DNA from: a virus
IMG/VR virus record: IMGVR_UViG_3300015371_000007
Span: 30,547 to 94,546 of that record
Length of the DNA: 64,000 bases
Direction: 5' to 3' (one strand)
The notes below the pieces were generated by a model, which had not been told where the DNA came from, made no database searches, and saw only the letters and a program-made list of their open reading frames with translations. A program made the position numbers and the translations under genes. Each line of letters opens with the position of its first letter. Positions within the stretch are counted from its first letter, which is position 1. Of the stretch, positions 19,190 to 30,200 are shown piece by piece.

Positions 19190-19526
19190 TTCCTACACAC
19201 AGCAGCGGCTCGGGGCGGACCCCAACTTTCAGGAACGGGTGCGCGCCTGTCTGATGACGGCGGCGTGGCAAGTGCTGGGGGAGCCGACCAACACGCCCGA
19301 CCACGCGCAACGCGCGCAGTTCGCCCGTGTCGTCATCAACAGTCCGAACCAGCAGACGCAGTCGATCGCCACGTGGGTCGTCATGCGACCCAACGTGATG
19401 CTCTTCGAGACGTCGTACAACTTCCAGGCGGGCGCCATCATCAGCGCGACCGGCGACGCGGACATCACCTCGCAGCTCCTCACCGACTGGAACTTCATGG
19501 CCGGCATCACGACCGGCGTGACGTAA
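19179..19526 (+). CDS. hypothetical tail-associated protein
   Basis: overlaps fibre stop; strong codon bias. Confidence 0.65.
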   Translation: MANDSYTQQRLGADPNFQERVRACLMTAAWQVLGEPTNTPDHAQRAQFARVVINSPNQQTQSIATWVVMRPNVMLFETSYNFQAGAIISATGDADITSQLLTDWNFMAGITTGVT

Positions 19527-19533
19527 ACCCCTT

Positions 19534-19938
19534 ATGCCTATTGATTCAACGCTGGGGCGCCTAGTCGCCGCCGAAGAGGCGCTGCGACGCCTCGCCGAGC
19601 AACGGATGCCGCTCAAGACCGCCTATCAGATCGCCAAGCTCGCGAAGCTGTTGAGCGCGGAGGTCGAGATCTTCCAGCAGAAGAAGACGGAGATCTTCCG
19701 TGCCCACGGGACCGAGCGGCCCCCGAAGACGGAAGAGGAGCGCGCGCAGTTCGGGGAGACCGTGCTCGAAGTGCCACCCGCGTCGCGGCAGGTCGTGTTC
19801 GACGCCATGAAGGAACTGTTCGAGGTGCCGGTGCGGATTGAGTGGGCGCCGCTCACGCTCGCCCAGCTGGACGGCGTGTCGATTTCGCCGCTCGACCTGA
19901 TCGCGCTGGACCCGGTGGTCGAGGGCGATCCCGCGTAA
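19534..19938 (+). CDS. hypothetical protein
   Basis: LKTAYQIAKL helical phage protein; codon bias. Confidence 0.65.
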   Translation: MPIDSTLGRLVAAEEALRRLAEQRMPLKTAYQIAKLAKLLSAEVEIFQQKKTEIFRAHGTERPPKTEEERAQFGETVLEVPPASRQVVFDAMKELFEVPVRIEWAPLTLAQLDGVSISPLDLIALDPVVEGDPA

Positions 19939-19998
19939 CTGGCGTACATCGCACCCGTTTTGCGATCGGGGGTGACGGATCCGCAGAATCGACTCGGC

Positions 19999-20430
19999 AT
20001 GATCCGCCCCGCCACGGAAGACGACGTTCCGCGCCTGGTCGAAATGGGCGAGCGGTTTCTCACGGAGACGGTTTATCGCACGCGCGTCCCGGTCAATCCG
20101 CAGCAGATGGCGACAACGGTGTTGCGGCTACTCGCGACGGAGACCGGCGCCGTGTTCGTGTCGGAGCGCGACGGCGCGCTGGTCGGGATGATCGGCCTGC
20201 TGGCCTTCACCAACCCGATCACCGGCGAGCCCACGATCAGCGAGCTGTTCTGGTGGGTCGAGCCGGAGCATCGCGGGTGCGGCCTGCGGTTGCTGCGACG
20301 CGCCGAAGCCTGGGGGCGTGAAAGCGGCGCGGCGAAGGTGCACATGATCGCGCCGACACCGGACGTCGCGCGGCTCTACGAGCGGCTCGGCTACGAGCAA
20401 CTCGAAACCACGTTTCAGAGGGCACTGTAA
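19999..20430 (+). CDS. GNAT family acetyltransferase
   Basis: MIRPATEDD..., WWVEPEHRGCG..LL, RLYERLGY. Confidence 0.85.
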   Translation: MIRPATEDDVPRLVEMGERFLTETVYRTRVPVNPQQMATTVLRLLATETGAVFVSERDGALVGMIGLLAFTNPITGEPTISELFWWVEPEHRGCGLRLLRRAEAWGRESGAAKVHMIAPTPDVARLYERLGYEQLETTFQRAL

Positions 20431-21441
20431 ATGGCTGTGGGCACCGCACTCGCAATTGCCGGCGCCGCGCAGGCGATCGGCGGCATGATCAAAGCGAAGA
20501 AGCAGTCGACCGCCTCGAAGAAGGCGGCAGACGCGCAGGTCGCCGCGACCAACCAAGCCTCGGACTACATGCGGCAGGGCATGGGCCAGCTGGGGCAGCT
20601 CTATTCCCCCTACATCAACGCGGGCGCGGGCGCGATGGGGACGCTCGGCCGACTGACGACGCCTGGACCGGGCGCGCGCTACGCGTCACCCGGCCCGCCC
20701 AACGCGATGCCGTCGCCCTACGGGATGCCGCCGAATCAGGCGATGCCGCGCGGCGGGGGCTACGGGCCTCCCGGCGGGGGGATGCGAATGCCGGACGGGC
20801 GTCAGGTCGCCGGCCCGTACCCGATGGCGGATGGCGGCGACTTCAATGTCGCCGGCCCCACGATGTTCCTCGCGGGCGAAGCCGGCCCGGAGCGCGCGAC
20901 GTTCCAGCCGCAAGGCGGCGGTGGCGGGAACTTTTTCGGTGGCGGCGGCGGGTACGAAGTCCCTGAGCCCGGTGAGCCCGGCTACGGCCAACCGCCGCAG
21001 GGCGGCGGGGGTGGCAACTTCGGCAGCTACGGGGGGCAACCGCAGTTCCAGCCGCAGGGCGGCGGTGGCGGGGACTTCTTCAATGCCGGCGGTGGCGGGG
21101 GCGGCAACTTCGCCCACTACGGCGGAGAACAGCCGCAGTTCCAGCCGCCGCCGCCGTCGCAGGGCGGCGGGGGTGGCGGGATGAACTTCGCCGACTACAT
21201 CGGGAGCCAACCGCCGCAGGGGGGCGGTCCGCCGCCACCGCCGCCGGGTGGCAATTTCGCCGCGCCGAATCCGGGGATGCCGCGCATGGGCGCCGGCATG
21301 GCGATCGGCCGGTCCATGACTGGCGGACGCCGCCGGATGGGAATGCCGATGGGCGGAACCTTCGCGCGCATGATGCCAGGCGGTCCGATGGGTCCGCAGG
21401 GCGCGCCGATGGGCGACGGCGGCGGCAACTTCCGCTACTAA
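20431..21441 (+). CDS. putative ejection (DNA transfer) protein 1, low-complexity G/P/Q
   Basis: Ala/Gly N-terminus, ASKKAADAQ, PYINAG..A motif of P22 gp7-like proteins; synteny. Confidence 0.65.
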   Translation: MAVGTALAIAGAAQAIGGMIKAKKQSTASKKAADAQVAATNQASDYMRQGMGQLGQLYSPYINAGAGAMGTLGRLTTPGPGARYASPGPPNAMPSPYGMPPNQAMPRGGGYGPPGGGMRMPDGRQVAGPYPMADGGDFNVAGPTMFLAGEAGPERATFQPQGGGGGNFFGGGGGYEVPEPGEPGYGQPPQGGGGGNFGSYGGQPQFQPQGGGGGDFFNAGGGGGGNFAHYGGEQPQFQPPPPSQGGGGGGMNFADYIGSQPPQGGGPPPPPPGGNFAAPNPGMPRMGAGMAIGRSMTGGRRRMGMPMGGTFARMMPGGPMGPQGAPMGDGGGNFRY

Positions 21442-21450
21442 GGGGCCGCG

Positions 21451-22698
21451 ATGCCGATGAATTACTTCGACCCGTCGACGATGCCGCGAGGGGCGAGTTA
21501 TGGGGGCGGGGCCCCCGGCGGCGGCGGCGACACCAACGCGGCCGGCGCGGCGGCAGATCCGTTTGAGTACACGCAGGGATCGCTGCTCACGCCGTGGCAG
21601 GGCCACTTCAACTCGCAGGGCTACGGTGGCGGCTACAGCGTGCCGCAGTTCACGCCGTTCAACTACGCCGACATCAACTATCGCGCGCCGGATGTGGGCT
21701 CGTTCGGCGAGCGCTACGACGACCCGGCGGCGTTCCGCTTCGCCGACTTCGAGGGGCCCGACCAGTTCAAGGCGCCGACCGCGGAGGAGATGCAGCAGGA
21801 CCCCGGCTACCAGGCGCGCGCGAAAGCGGCGCAGGCCGGCGCGACCGCGGCGGCGGCGCATGGGGGTGTGCTCAACACCGGCGGGTTCGCCAAGGGTCTC
21901 GCACGGACCCTTGGCGATCAAGCCGCGCAGGAGTACGGGAACGTCTACAACCGCCGCAAGAGCGAGTGGGACACCAATTGGGGCCGCGCGAAGGACATCT
22001 ACGGCACCAATCAGGGCAACACGAAGCAGGCGTTCGACACCAACGTCGGCAACAAGCTCTCGGCCTATCAGACGCGGCAGAACACGTGGAAAGGCAACGC
22101 CGACGTCGGCCTCCAGCAAGGGCAACTCGGGTGGGACGTCGCGCAGGGCACGTGGGACCGCAACATGAGCAAGGCGCGACAGGGCTGGGACGATCAGCGT
22201 CAGTACGACCAGCAGGTCGCCGCCGCGAGCGCGTCGAACGCGAATCAGCAGTACGAGCGCGACCTCGGGGACTACAACCGCGCGCGCGATGAGTTCTGGA
22301 CGAATCAGGACCGCCAGTCGGGATTGCTCGATCGCGAAGCGAACCGCGGCATGACGGCGGCGAACGCCTACGGCAACCAGCTGATGGGCGGCTACGGCGC
22401 GCTCGGCAATCTCGCCATCGGCGGCGGGGACGCGCGCGCCTCGGGCTACATGGGCAGCGGCAACGCGTGGGGCCAGTTTGCCGGCGACACGGCCGGCACG
22501 ATCGGCGGGCTCGCGCTCTACGGGGCCATGAATCGGAGGCCGGCGGCGCCTGGTGGCGGCGGCGGTGGCGCCGCGCCGAGCGGACGATCGTATAGCGCGC
22601 CGCCGCAGCTCTCCGGCGTGACGCCGTTCTCGCGTCCGCCCACCGCCGTGATGCAGAACCCCTATGGCTACGGTGGTGGTGACTGGAGCAACCGCTGA
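21451..22698 (+). CDS. putative ejection protein 2
   Basis: QDPGYQ.R.....AAA.GG.L.TG motif; N/Q/G/Y-rich; synteny. Confidence 0.65.
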   Translation: MPMNYFDPSTMPRGASYGGGAPGGGGDTNAAGAAADPFEYTQGSLLTPWQGHFNSQGYGGGYSVPQFTPFNYADINYRAPDVGSFGERYDDPAAFRFADFEGPDQFKAPTAEEMQQDPGYQARAKAAQAGATAAAAHGGVLNTGGFAKGLARTLGDQAAQEYGNVYNRRKSEWDTNWGRAKDIYGTNQGNTKQAFDTNVGNKLSAYQTRQNTWKGNADVGLQQGQLGWDVAQGTWDRNMSKARQGWDDQRQYDQQVAAASASNANQQYERDLGDYNRARDEFWTNQDRQSGLLDREANRGMTAANAYGNQLMGGYGALGNLAIGGGDARASGYMGSGNAWGQFAGDTAGTIGGLALYGAMNRRPAAPGGGGGGAAPSGRSYSAPPQLSGVTPFSRPPTAVMQNPYGYGGGDWSNR

Positions 22699-24269
22699 TG
22701 CCGCAGATGCCCGACACGCGGATCGCGCTCAGCGGCCTGGGCGGCGGCGGCGGACAACCCTCGTCGGGGCCGCTCGGGACGCTCGGCTCGCTGATGCAGA
22801 TCAAGGAGCAGCAGCAGCAGAACGAAATCCGGAAGCGCGCGCTCGAAGAGGATGACGCGCTGGACTCGGCACTCAAGCAGTTCGAGCGGCGCGGCGACGC
22901 GGTCGAGCACCTCTATCGACAGGGCTATCAGGGCGCCGCGAGTCGGCTGGCGAAGAGCGTCTATGACGAACGGAAACAAGAGATCGATCAGCAAACGGCC
23001 GAGATGAGCAACACCGCGAAGCGGCTCGAAATGGCCGGACAGATCATGTCCGCGGTCAACGACGACCAGTCGCTGCGGTTCTCGACGCCCGCGTTGGGCT
23101 CGCTGCTCGAACCCGTCTTCGGCAAGGGCATCTACGACCAGCTCGGCACGAAGTACGACGAAGGCAAGAAGAAGATGCTGATGGATTGGGGCACCAATCG
23201 GATCACGCAGATCAACGAACAGCATCTGCAGCAGCAGGAGGGTCTCGCGAAGTGGCAGGCGGGCCAGATCGCGGATCCGGTGAGTGGCATGTGGTCACCG
23301 CAAGGCTTGGCGATCCGCCAGGGCTACCGCTCCGAGCTGGCGAACGATCTCGCCACCGCGCAGAACAAGGAGCAGTGGGAGTACTACCTGACCAAGGCTC
23401 ACGAGCGGAAGGTCCCGGACGACATCGTGACGGAGTTCGGCCCGTGGACGACCAACGCCGCCGAGCGCGCGTTCGCGATCGGGCTGACGGGGCCGCAGGA
23501 AGCGACCTACGACGTCGGGAAAGACCGCGCCGAGACCGCGGCGGACCGCGAAGCGCGGCTGCTCGCGGCCGCGGGCGGTGGCGGCGCGCGCGGGGGCATG
23601 ACCGCGTACCAGACGTGGGAAGCCGAAGGCAAGAAGGACAAGGAGAACGAGGACACCGAGGATTGGGCACAGGAGCAGTTCGACAGCGCGTTCCGCTTGA
23701 AGAAGAACTGGCCCAAGGGTCCGGACGGCAAACCGAAGAAGCCGTCGTTCGATCTCTCGCTCTTGCCGGAGGCGGATCAACAGGAGTTCGTCAAGCGCAA
23801 GCTCCGCACGGAAAACAACGATCGCCGTAAGCGCGGCCTGCTCCCGCTCGATGCGGCCGCGCGCCGCGCGTCGCAGAGCGGCGACACGGAGGGCTACGCG
23901 AAGCTGCAGGAGATCTACAACAGCCTCACCAACGGGTTGGTGCCGCGGCTCGAAGAGTTCATCCCGCCGCCGTCGGGGGCGATAGGCGCGCAGGGGACTG
24001 CCGCGGCACCCGCGTCCCCTCCGTCACCCGCGCCGCCCACGTCGCGCCCGGTCGGGGGCGGTGGGCCACAAGGGGCCGTCTTCCCCGGTGTCGGACCAAC
24101 GCCAGGCGGCGGGCCGTTCGACGTGTCGGCGCCCGGCGCGCCCGGCTTCGCGGAGAAGCGCGCGCGCGTCGCCGCGGTGAACGCGCAGATCCAGCGCGAG
24201 ACCGATCCGCAGAAGATCGCGGCGCTCTATCAGGAACTCGGCACCATCCTCAATCTCAATTCGCGGTGA
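22698..24269 (+). CDS. putative ejection protein 3
   Basis: helical Q/E-rich protein; TGATG coupled; synteny. Confidence 0.6.
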   Translation: MPQMPDTRIALSGLGGGGGQPSSGPLGTLGSLMQIKEQQQQNEIRKRALEEDDALDSALKQFERRGDAVEHLYRQGYQGAASRLAKSVYDERKQEIDQQTAEMSNTAKRLEMAGQIMSAVNDDQSLRFSTPALGSLLEPVFGKGIYDQLGTKYDEGKKKMLMDWGTNRITQINEQHLQQQEGLAKWQAGQIADPVSGMWSPQGLAIRQGYRSELANDLATAQNKEQWEYYLTKAHERKVPDDIVTEFGPWTTNAAERAFAIGLTGPQEATYDVGKDRAETAADREARLLAAAGGGGARGGMTAYQTWEAEGKKDKENEDTEDWAQEQFDSAFRLKKNWPKGPDGKPKKPSFDLSLLPEADQQEFVKRKLRTENNDRRKRGLLPLDAAARRASQSGDTEGYAKLQEIYNSLTNGLVPRLEEFIPPPSGAIGAQGTAAAPASPPSPAPPTSRPVGGGGPQGAVFPGVGPTPGGGPFDVSAPGAPGFAEKRARVAAVNAQIQRETDPQKIAALYQELGTILNLNSR

Positions 24270-24275
24270 CGTAAC

Positions 24276-27200
24276 GTGCCGTCACTGCTGAACCTGGGCA
24301 CCTTCGGCCGGCTCGCGCAACTCTTTCAGCGCAAGAAGCCGCGCGACGCCTTTCTCGAGAATCTCGACGAGCAGTGGGGCAACGCGTGGGGCACGCAGCC
24401 CGATGCGTCGCCCCCCTCGCGCGATCCGTGGCTCGACCAGATCGCGTCGCAGTACCCCTTCGGCGCGTTCGACGAACCGGCCGCGCCCGCGCCCGCGCCG
24501 GAGCTGGCGATGCCGCAGCCGGCGCAGCCGGAGCCCGCCGACGATCTCGCCGCCCGCATCCGCGCCAGCCTCGGCCTCGGCGATACCGACGAGGACAACA
24601 GCCTGCTCGCGCAAGTCGAGAGCACGCTGCGGCGCCAGCCGTATGTGCAGCCGCCAGCGCTGCCGCCGGCAGCGTTGTCGCCGACGGGCGCGCCGCCCGC
24701 GTCACGGCCTCCGATCTCGCTAGCGCCGCCAGACATCGCGACGATTGGCGCGAACGTGTCGCCGCTGCCGCCGTGGCAGGCCGCGCGCCGGCCCGCGCAG
24801 GACGTGCACTTGCCGTCCGAGCCGCCGCCCGCGCCCCCGCCGCCGATTCCGAGCGGACCGGTCGACATGGCGACCGCGGGCGCGAATGTCTCGACGCTGC
24901 CGCCGTGGGCCGCAGCGCGTCCGCCCGCGCGCGATGTGCGCCTGCCGGCGCCTGGGGCGCCCCCCGCGCCCCCGCCCGCGCCGCCGATGGATGTGGCGAC
25001 GGTCGGCGCGAATGTGTCGCCGCTGCCGCCGTGGGAAGCCGCGCGGCGCGCTCGTGATCAACAGTTGCCGCCGACCGCCCCCGCCGAGGATCGGTTGACG
25101 ACGACGGAGACGATTCCGCAGCTCGCGACGCCGGAGGGCTACGCGCCGCCCCGGCAGGATGTGTTCAAGGAACGGCTCGCGAGGGTGGTTCAGCGGATGG
25201 CAGACGAAGGCTATCCCGTGAAGGTCACCAGCAAGACGCGCACGGCGGCGGAGCAAGCGAAGCTGTACCAGCAGGGCCGCGACGGCGCGCCTGGCAAGAT
25301 CGTGACATGGGCCGACGGGACGACCAAGATCTCCAAGCACCAGACCGGCACCGCCGCAGATCTCGCGTTCGTCGTCGACGGTCGCCCGTCTTGGGACGAC
25401 AAGTTGCCGTGGCCGCTGCTCGGGCGCATCGCGAAGGAAGAAGGACTGGTGTGGGGGGGCGACTGGTCTAAGCAGAAGAATGACCGCCCCCACGTCCAGC
25501 TGGAGGCCGAGGCCACGCAAGAGGGCCCGTACGCGGCGGCGAAGCCGCTGCCGCCGAAGCTCCACGGGGCACCGCCGCCGCCACCCGCGGCCCCGCTCCC
25601 CACGCCGCCGTCGCCCCCCGTGCCGGTCACCACCGCGGAGGCAAAGAAGGATCCGTTCGGCTTCGTCGATTTCATCAAGAGCCTCTACACGACCGACGGC
25701 GTCGGCATGGTGCCGATCGGCGGCACGCTGATTCCGGTACCGGGCCTGCCGCAAGTCACCGAGGCGGGCGCGGAGAAGCTACCGTGGGCCGGCGCCGCGT
25801 TCGCGGCGGCGGATGCCTACCAGCTCATTGCGGCGGCGCGCCGGCTCCGCGATGGGAAAGCGACGGCCGCGGACCAGGCGCTTATCGAACAGTACGCCGC
25901 CAAAGAACAGGAGATGGCCGAGCACGGCACCTCGTGGGGCTACAACGTCGCGCAGATCGTGACCGAGATGCCGGCGTTCATGATCGAGATGCTGTCGACC
26001 GAGGGTGTGTTCACCGGGGCGCGCACGGCCGGAAAGAAGGCGGCGCAAGAGGCGATCGGGAAGCTCCTCAAGGAGTCGGCCGCGGAAGTGATGGCGCGCC
26101 GTTCGACGCGATGGGCGACGAAGGTCGCCGAGACCGCGGTGGGCGCCGCCGCACAGGAAGCGGCGATGCCCACGCGCGTCGTCGCGAAGATGATGGACTA
26201 CGTCAAGCCGCCGCTCCATCCGTCGCTGAGTCCGGAGGACCAGCGCCACGTCGAGGCGGCGACGAAGGCGTACGAGACCATGCGCGGACAGCACGACCAC
26301 CTCACGGGCGTCTACGACACCGTCGCGGCGCAGCTCCAGCCGGCGCTCGACGAAATCGACACGATGAAGGCGCAAGTCGATGCCTTGCGCGCACACGTCA
26401 ACCCGAACAATCCGGTCAGCGTCGCCGGCTACAACGCCGCGCTGAACGCCCTGAACGCGCGCATCGCGCAAGTCCAGCCGCAGCTCGATCGCCTGAAGGC
26501 CGACAACGGCCAGATCGTCGATCTTGAGCGCCAGATGCGGACGCACTCGGCCGTGATGGACAAGGCCGACCAGAAGACGCTGCAGGACACGCTGAAGGAA
26601 TGGGACGACGATTTCCTCCCGGCGCTCTTCCGCGCCATCCCGGACCAGTTCATCGAGGTGTTCACCGAGCACGCGGGCGAAGCGATCGAACCGGTCGCGC
26701 AGTTGATCGGCGGCAAGCTCGCCAAGACCGCCGTCGGCAAGCAGGTCACCGCGCTGAAGACCGCGTTGCTGGACGACTGGCTGAAGCTCGCGCCGGGCAA
26801 CACCATCAGCAAGTGGGTGAAAGAGATCCGCCAGGGCGCGGGCTACAACGGCGTGCTCGGCGAGTACGGCGAAGAGCGGCTGGCCGACATCATGCGCGCG
26901 GCGATGCCGTTCACGCGGCAGGCGGGCGAGCCCAACGCCGCGATGATTCGCATGATCACCGGCGAGCCCACGCCGGGGGCGCCCGAGGGCGAGAGCCCTC
27001 GTCGCAGCGCGGCGAAGGAGTGGCTCTACCAGACCACGCAGGAGCTGGCCGCGTTCGCGATCCCCGATGTCATCACGCACGCGGCGGAGCATCTGCCCGC
27101 GCCGGGGCAAAAGCCACGCGCGTTCACCGTGCCGAAGGACGTCACGGCCGACGAACTGGTCGACCTCCGCCAGCGGCTGCAGGTCGCCCGGCAGAGCGTG

Positions 27201-30200
27201 CGGGCCGTCGACGACGTGAAGGAGTTGGACTCGCGGATCGCGAAGGTCGACACCGCGATCGCCGCCAAGATGCCGCCGTCGGCAGAGGGCCGACCTGTCC
27301 GCGAGCCGGCGCCGGCCGCTCCGTCAGGCTCCGAGGCGGCTCCGCCGACGGCGGCACTCCCCGACACCGTCGTCGAGACGCTCAAGAAGATGGGGCTCAC
27401 CGATCCCCACCTCGCGGACCTCACCTCGCTACAGGCCGCGTCGATCCTCAGTCACAGCGACCGCGGCGCGCTGCACGACCCGGAGGCTGCGGCGAACACC
27501 GATCCTGCGGCGCCGCGCACGCTGCGCAGCACCCCCGACTCGGTCGCGCACGCGGAGACGCTGGTTGAGACCTTGCGCGCGGGTGATCGCGTGACCGACA
27601 GCCGTGGGCGCGAATGGCATGTCACGCAACATCCAGTGGCCGGCGGCGGCACCGTCACGGGCCTGAGTGCGCGCGACGCGGATGGGCCGCAACCGGGCGC
27701 GGCGTTCCGCGATGCGTCCGGCGAGTGGCGCCACAACCCGGTCGTCACGGCGATCGTCGAGCGCGGGCGCATCACGCGCGGCCGCGCGATCCCACCGAAG
27801 GTCACCGGGTTCACCACGGCGAAGGGCAGCGTCTACACGGTCGCCGGCAGCGGCACGAGTCGGGCGAAGACGGCGACCGGCGAGAGCTTCGGGCCGTCGG
27901 ACCGCACGGTGTATCTCGACCCCAAGACCGCCGAACGCGCGCAGCTCCATCTCGACAACCACGACGAGGGCGAGACCACCGCGCGGCCACACATCCTGGC
28001 CGGTGGACGCATTGGCATCGTGGTCAAGAACCGCAAGACCGGCGAGGTGCGCAACGACCTGTCGCGCATCGTGCGCGGCTCGACGACGCCGGCCGTGGGT
28101 CTGCATCCCTTCGAGGTGTGGACGAAGGACGCGGAGGGTCGACGTCGCTGGCACTTCGGCAACGCGATCACGGAGGTGCAGACCGACGCGCCGACCGCGC
28201 CGGCCGAGAAGCCGACCGCGGTCTTCGCCTTCCACCAGCCCGACGAAAAGGGCGGTGCGCTGCCGATGTATCACGTGCAGGGCGGACCGCTCCATCGGTC
28301 GACGGTCTCCGCCGACACGCTGCGCGAGCACGGCATCGACGTGCCCGAGACGCCAAAGTTCGAGGGCCGCAAGCCGGCCACGCCGACGCCCGCCGATGCG
28401 CCACTCGGCGAATGGCAACCGATCGTCGGCCTTGAGGGGCATCGCGTCTACACGAGCGCAAAGGCGCGCTCGGTCGCTGGGCGAAACGTGGTGTACCTCC
28501 AGGCCGAGAGCAAGGATGGGAAGCGTCAGGCCTTCTATCTCGATGTTCACGGCAGCACGCGCAACGTCGACACGGTCGACGCGGTGGCGGGGGGCGATCC
28601 GTATGGGCCGAACGGCGAAGCCCCGGTGTGGAACGCCCCGACGATCGCGGCGGCAGAAGAAGTCGCGCGGCTGGTCCACTGGCAACGCGTCCATCTCACG
28701 GACGCGAGCGACGCCGAACTCGACGCGGTCTCGGCGCGGATAAAAGAGATCGTCGCGCGCACCGAGCCCGCCAAGACCGAGACGCCGAAGCCGGAAGACA
28801 AGCCCAAGACCGAAGCGAAGCCGACGAAGCCCACGTCGGAGATGAGCGACGCCGAGATCGCGCAGGCGATTCTGGACCGTCTCAAGGCCAAGGGCCAGAA
28901 GGTCGCGCCCACAACGGCCGCGCCCGAGACGTCACGCCGCGCGCCCGCCTCACGGCCCGCCGAGAGCCAGTCGACCGATCCGAAGGCGCAGGCCCGCGCC
29001 GAGCGGGCGCGGCTCATCGCCGAGTTGAAGAAGGAGCAGGCACAGGCGAAGGAGAAGGCCGACACGTCGTCGACGCCGTTGAAGCAAACGGACGAGGACG
29101 TCGAGACGCCGCTGTATCACGCAGAGGAAGAAGCCCCGTCGCCGAAAGCCGTCGAGCGCATGGTCGGCATCGTGCGCAGCTACCTGAACGAGGGCATCAC
29201 CGATTTCACCGCGGCGGCGCGCCAGTTCCAAGAGGACTACGGCGAGGACGCGCGCACGCTGGACGCGGCGCTGGAGCTGGGCTGGGAGATGCTCACGGGG
29301 CACACCGTGAGCGTGGCCGACGCCCTGGCTCCGCCGACGCAGGCTCCCGAACCACAGTGGCGCGACAACCTCCCCGAGGACGACGCCGAGACGATCGCGA
29401 ACGACCCGGTCGAGGTGTTGGAGGCGACGCTCCGCGAACAGGTCCAGCGCGGCAAGCGCCTGCGCGAGTGGGAAGCGAAACTCGTCGACAAGCAGGCGCA
29501 GATCGCGAAGCTCGAGAAAATCAAGAACCCGACCCGCAAGCAGCAGAAGACGCTCGTCAACAATCGGAAGAAGGTCGCCGAGGAATATCCGCGCCGCATC
29601 GCCGAGGCGAAGCTCGACATCGAAGAGACGTGGGAAGAGCTGGACCGGCTGATGACCGGGATCGACCTGGCCGACCTGCGCGCGCGCGTCGCGCGAAACC
29701 AGATCAAGCTGCGCACCCGGCGCACTTTCGCCGATGCGTACGAACAGCTCCTCAACGACCTGACGCCTGAAGCCCGCAAGAATGCCGAGCACCACTTCGG
29801 ACGGGCGACCGCCGGCCGCGACGTGCGCCACTTGCGCGTCGCGATGCAGATCTACGAGTTGCTGCTGGCGGACGATGGTCCCGAAGGCGGCGAGGCGGAG
29901 GCCAAGCGGCTGCTCGACGCGACCAACGCCTACTACGCCGACAAGAGCTATCTCGCCGAGACGCACGAGGGCCGCGAGACGGAGCACGACGCGTTCTACG
30001 CGGCGCTGCACGACGCCGCGGTGCTCGTCTCCGGCAAGGAAGATTTTGACCCGAACGATCTCGACGAATGGTCGGCGGGCGACTACGTCGACCCGAGCGA
30101 AGTCGGCACGCTGATTTTCCGCACGCTGGATCCGCAGACGGCGTCATTCGACGTCGATGAGTTCCATCGCGCGTATACCGACATTGAGTTCCGTCGCGAG

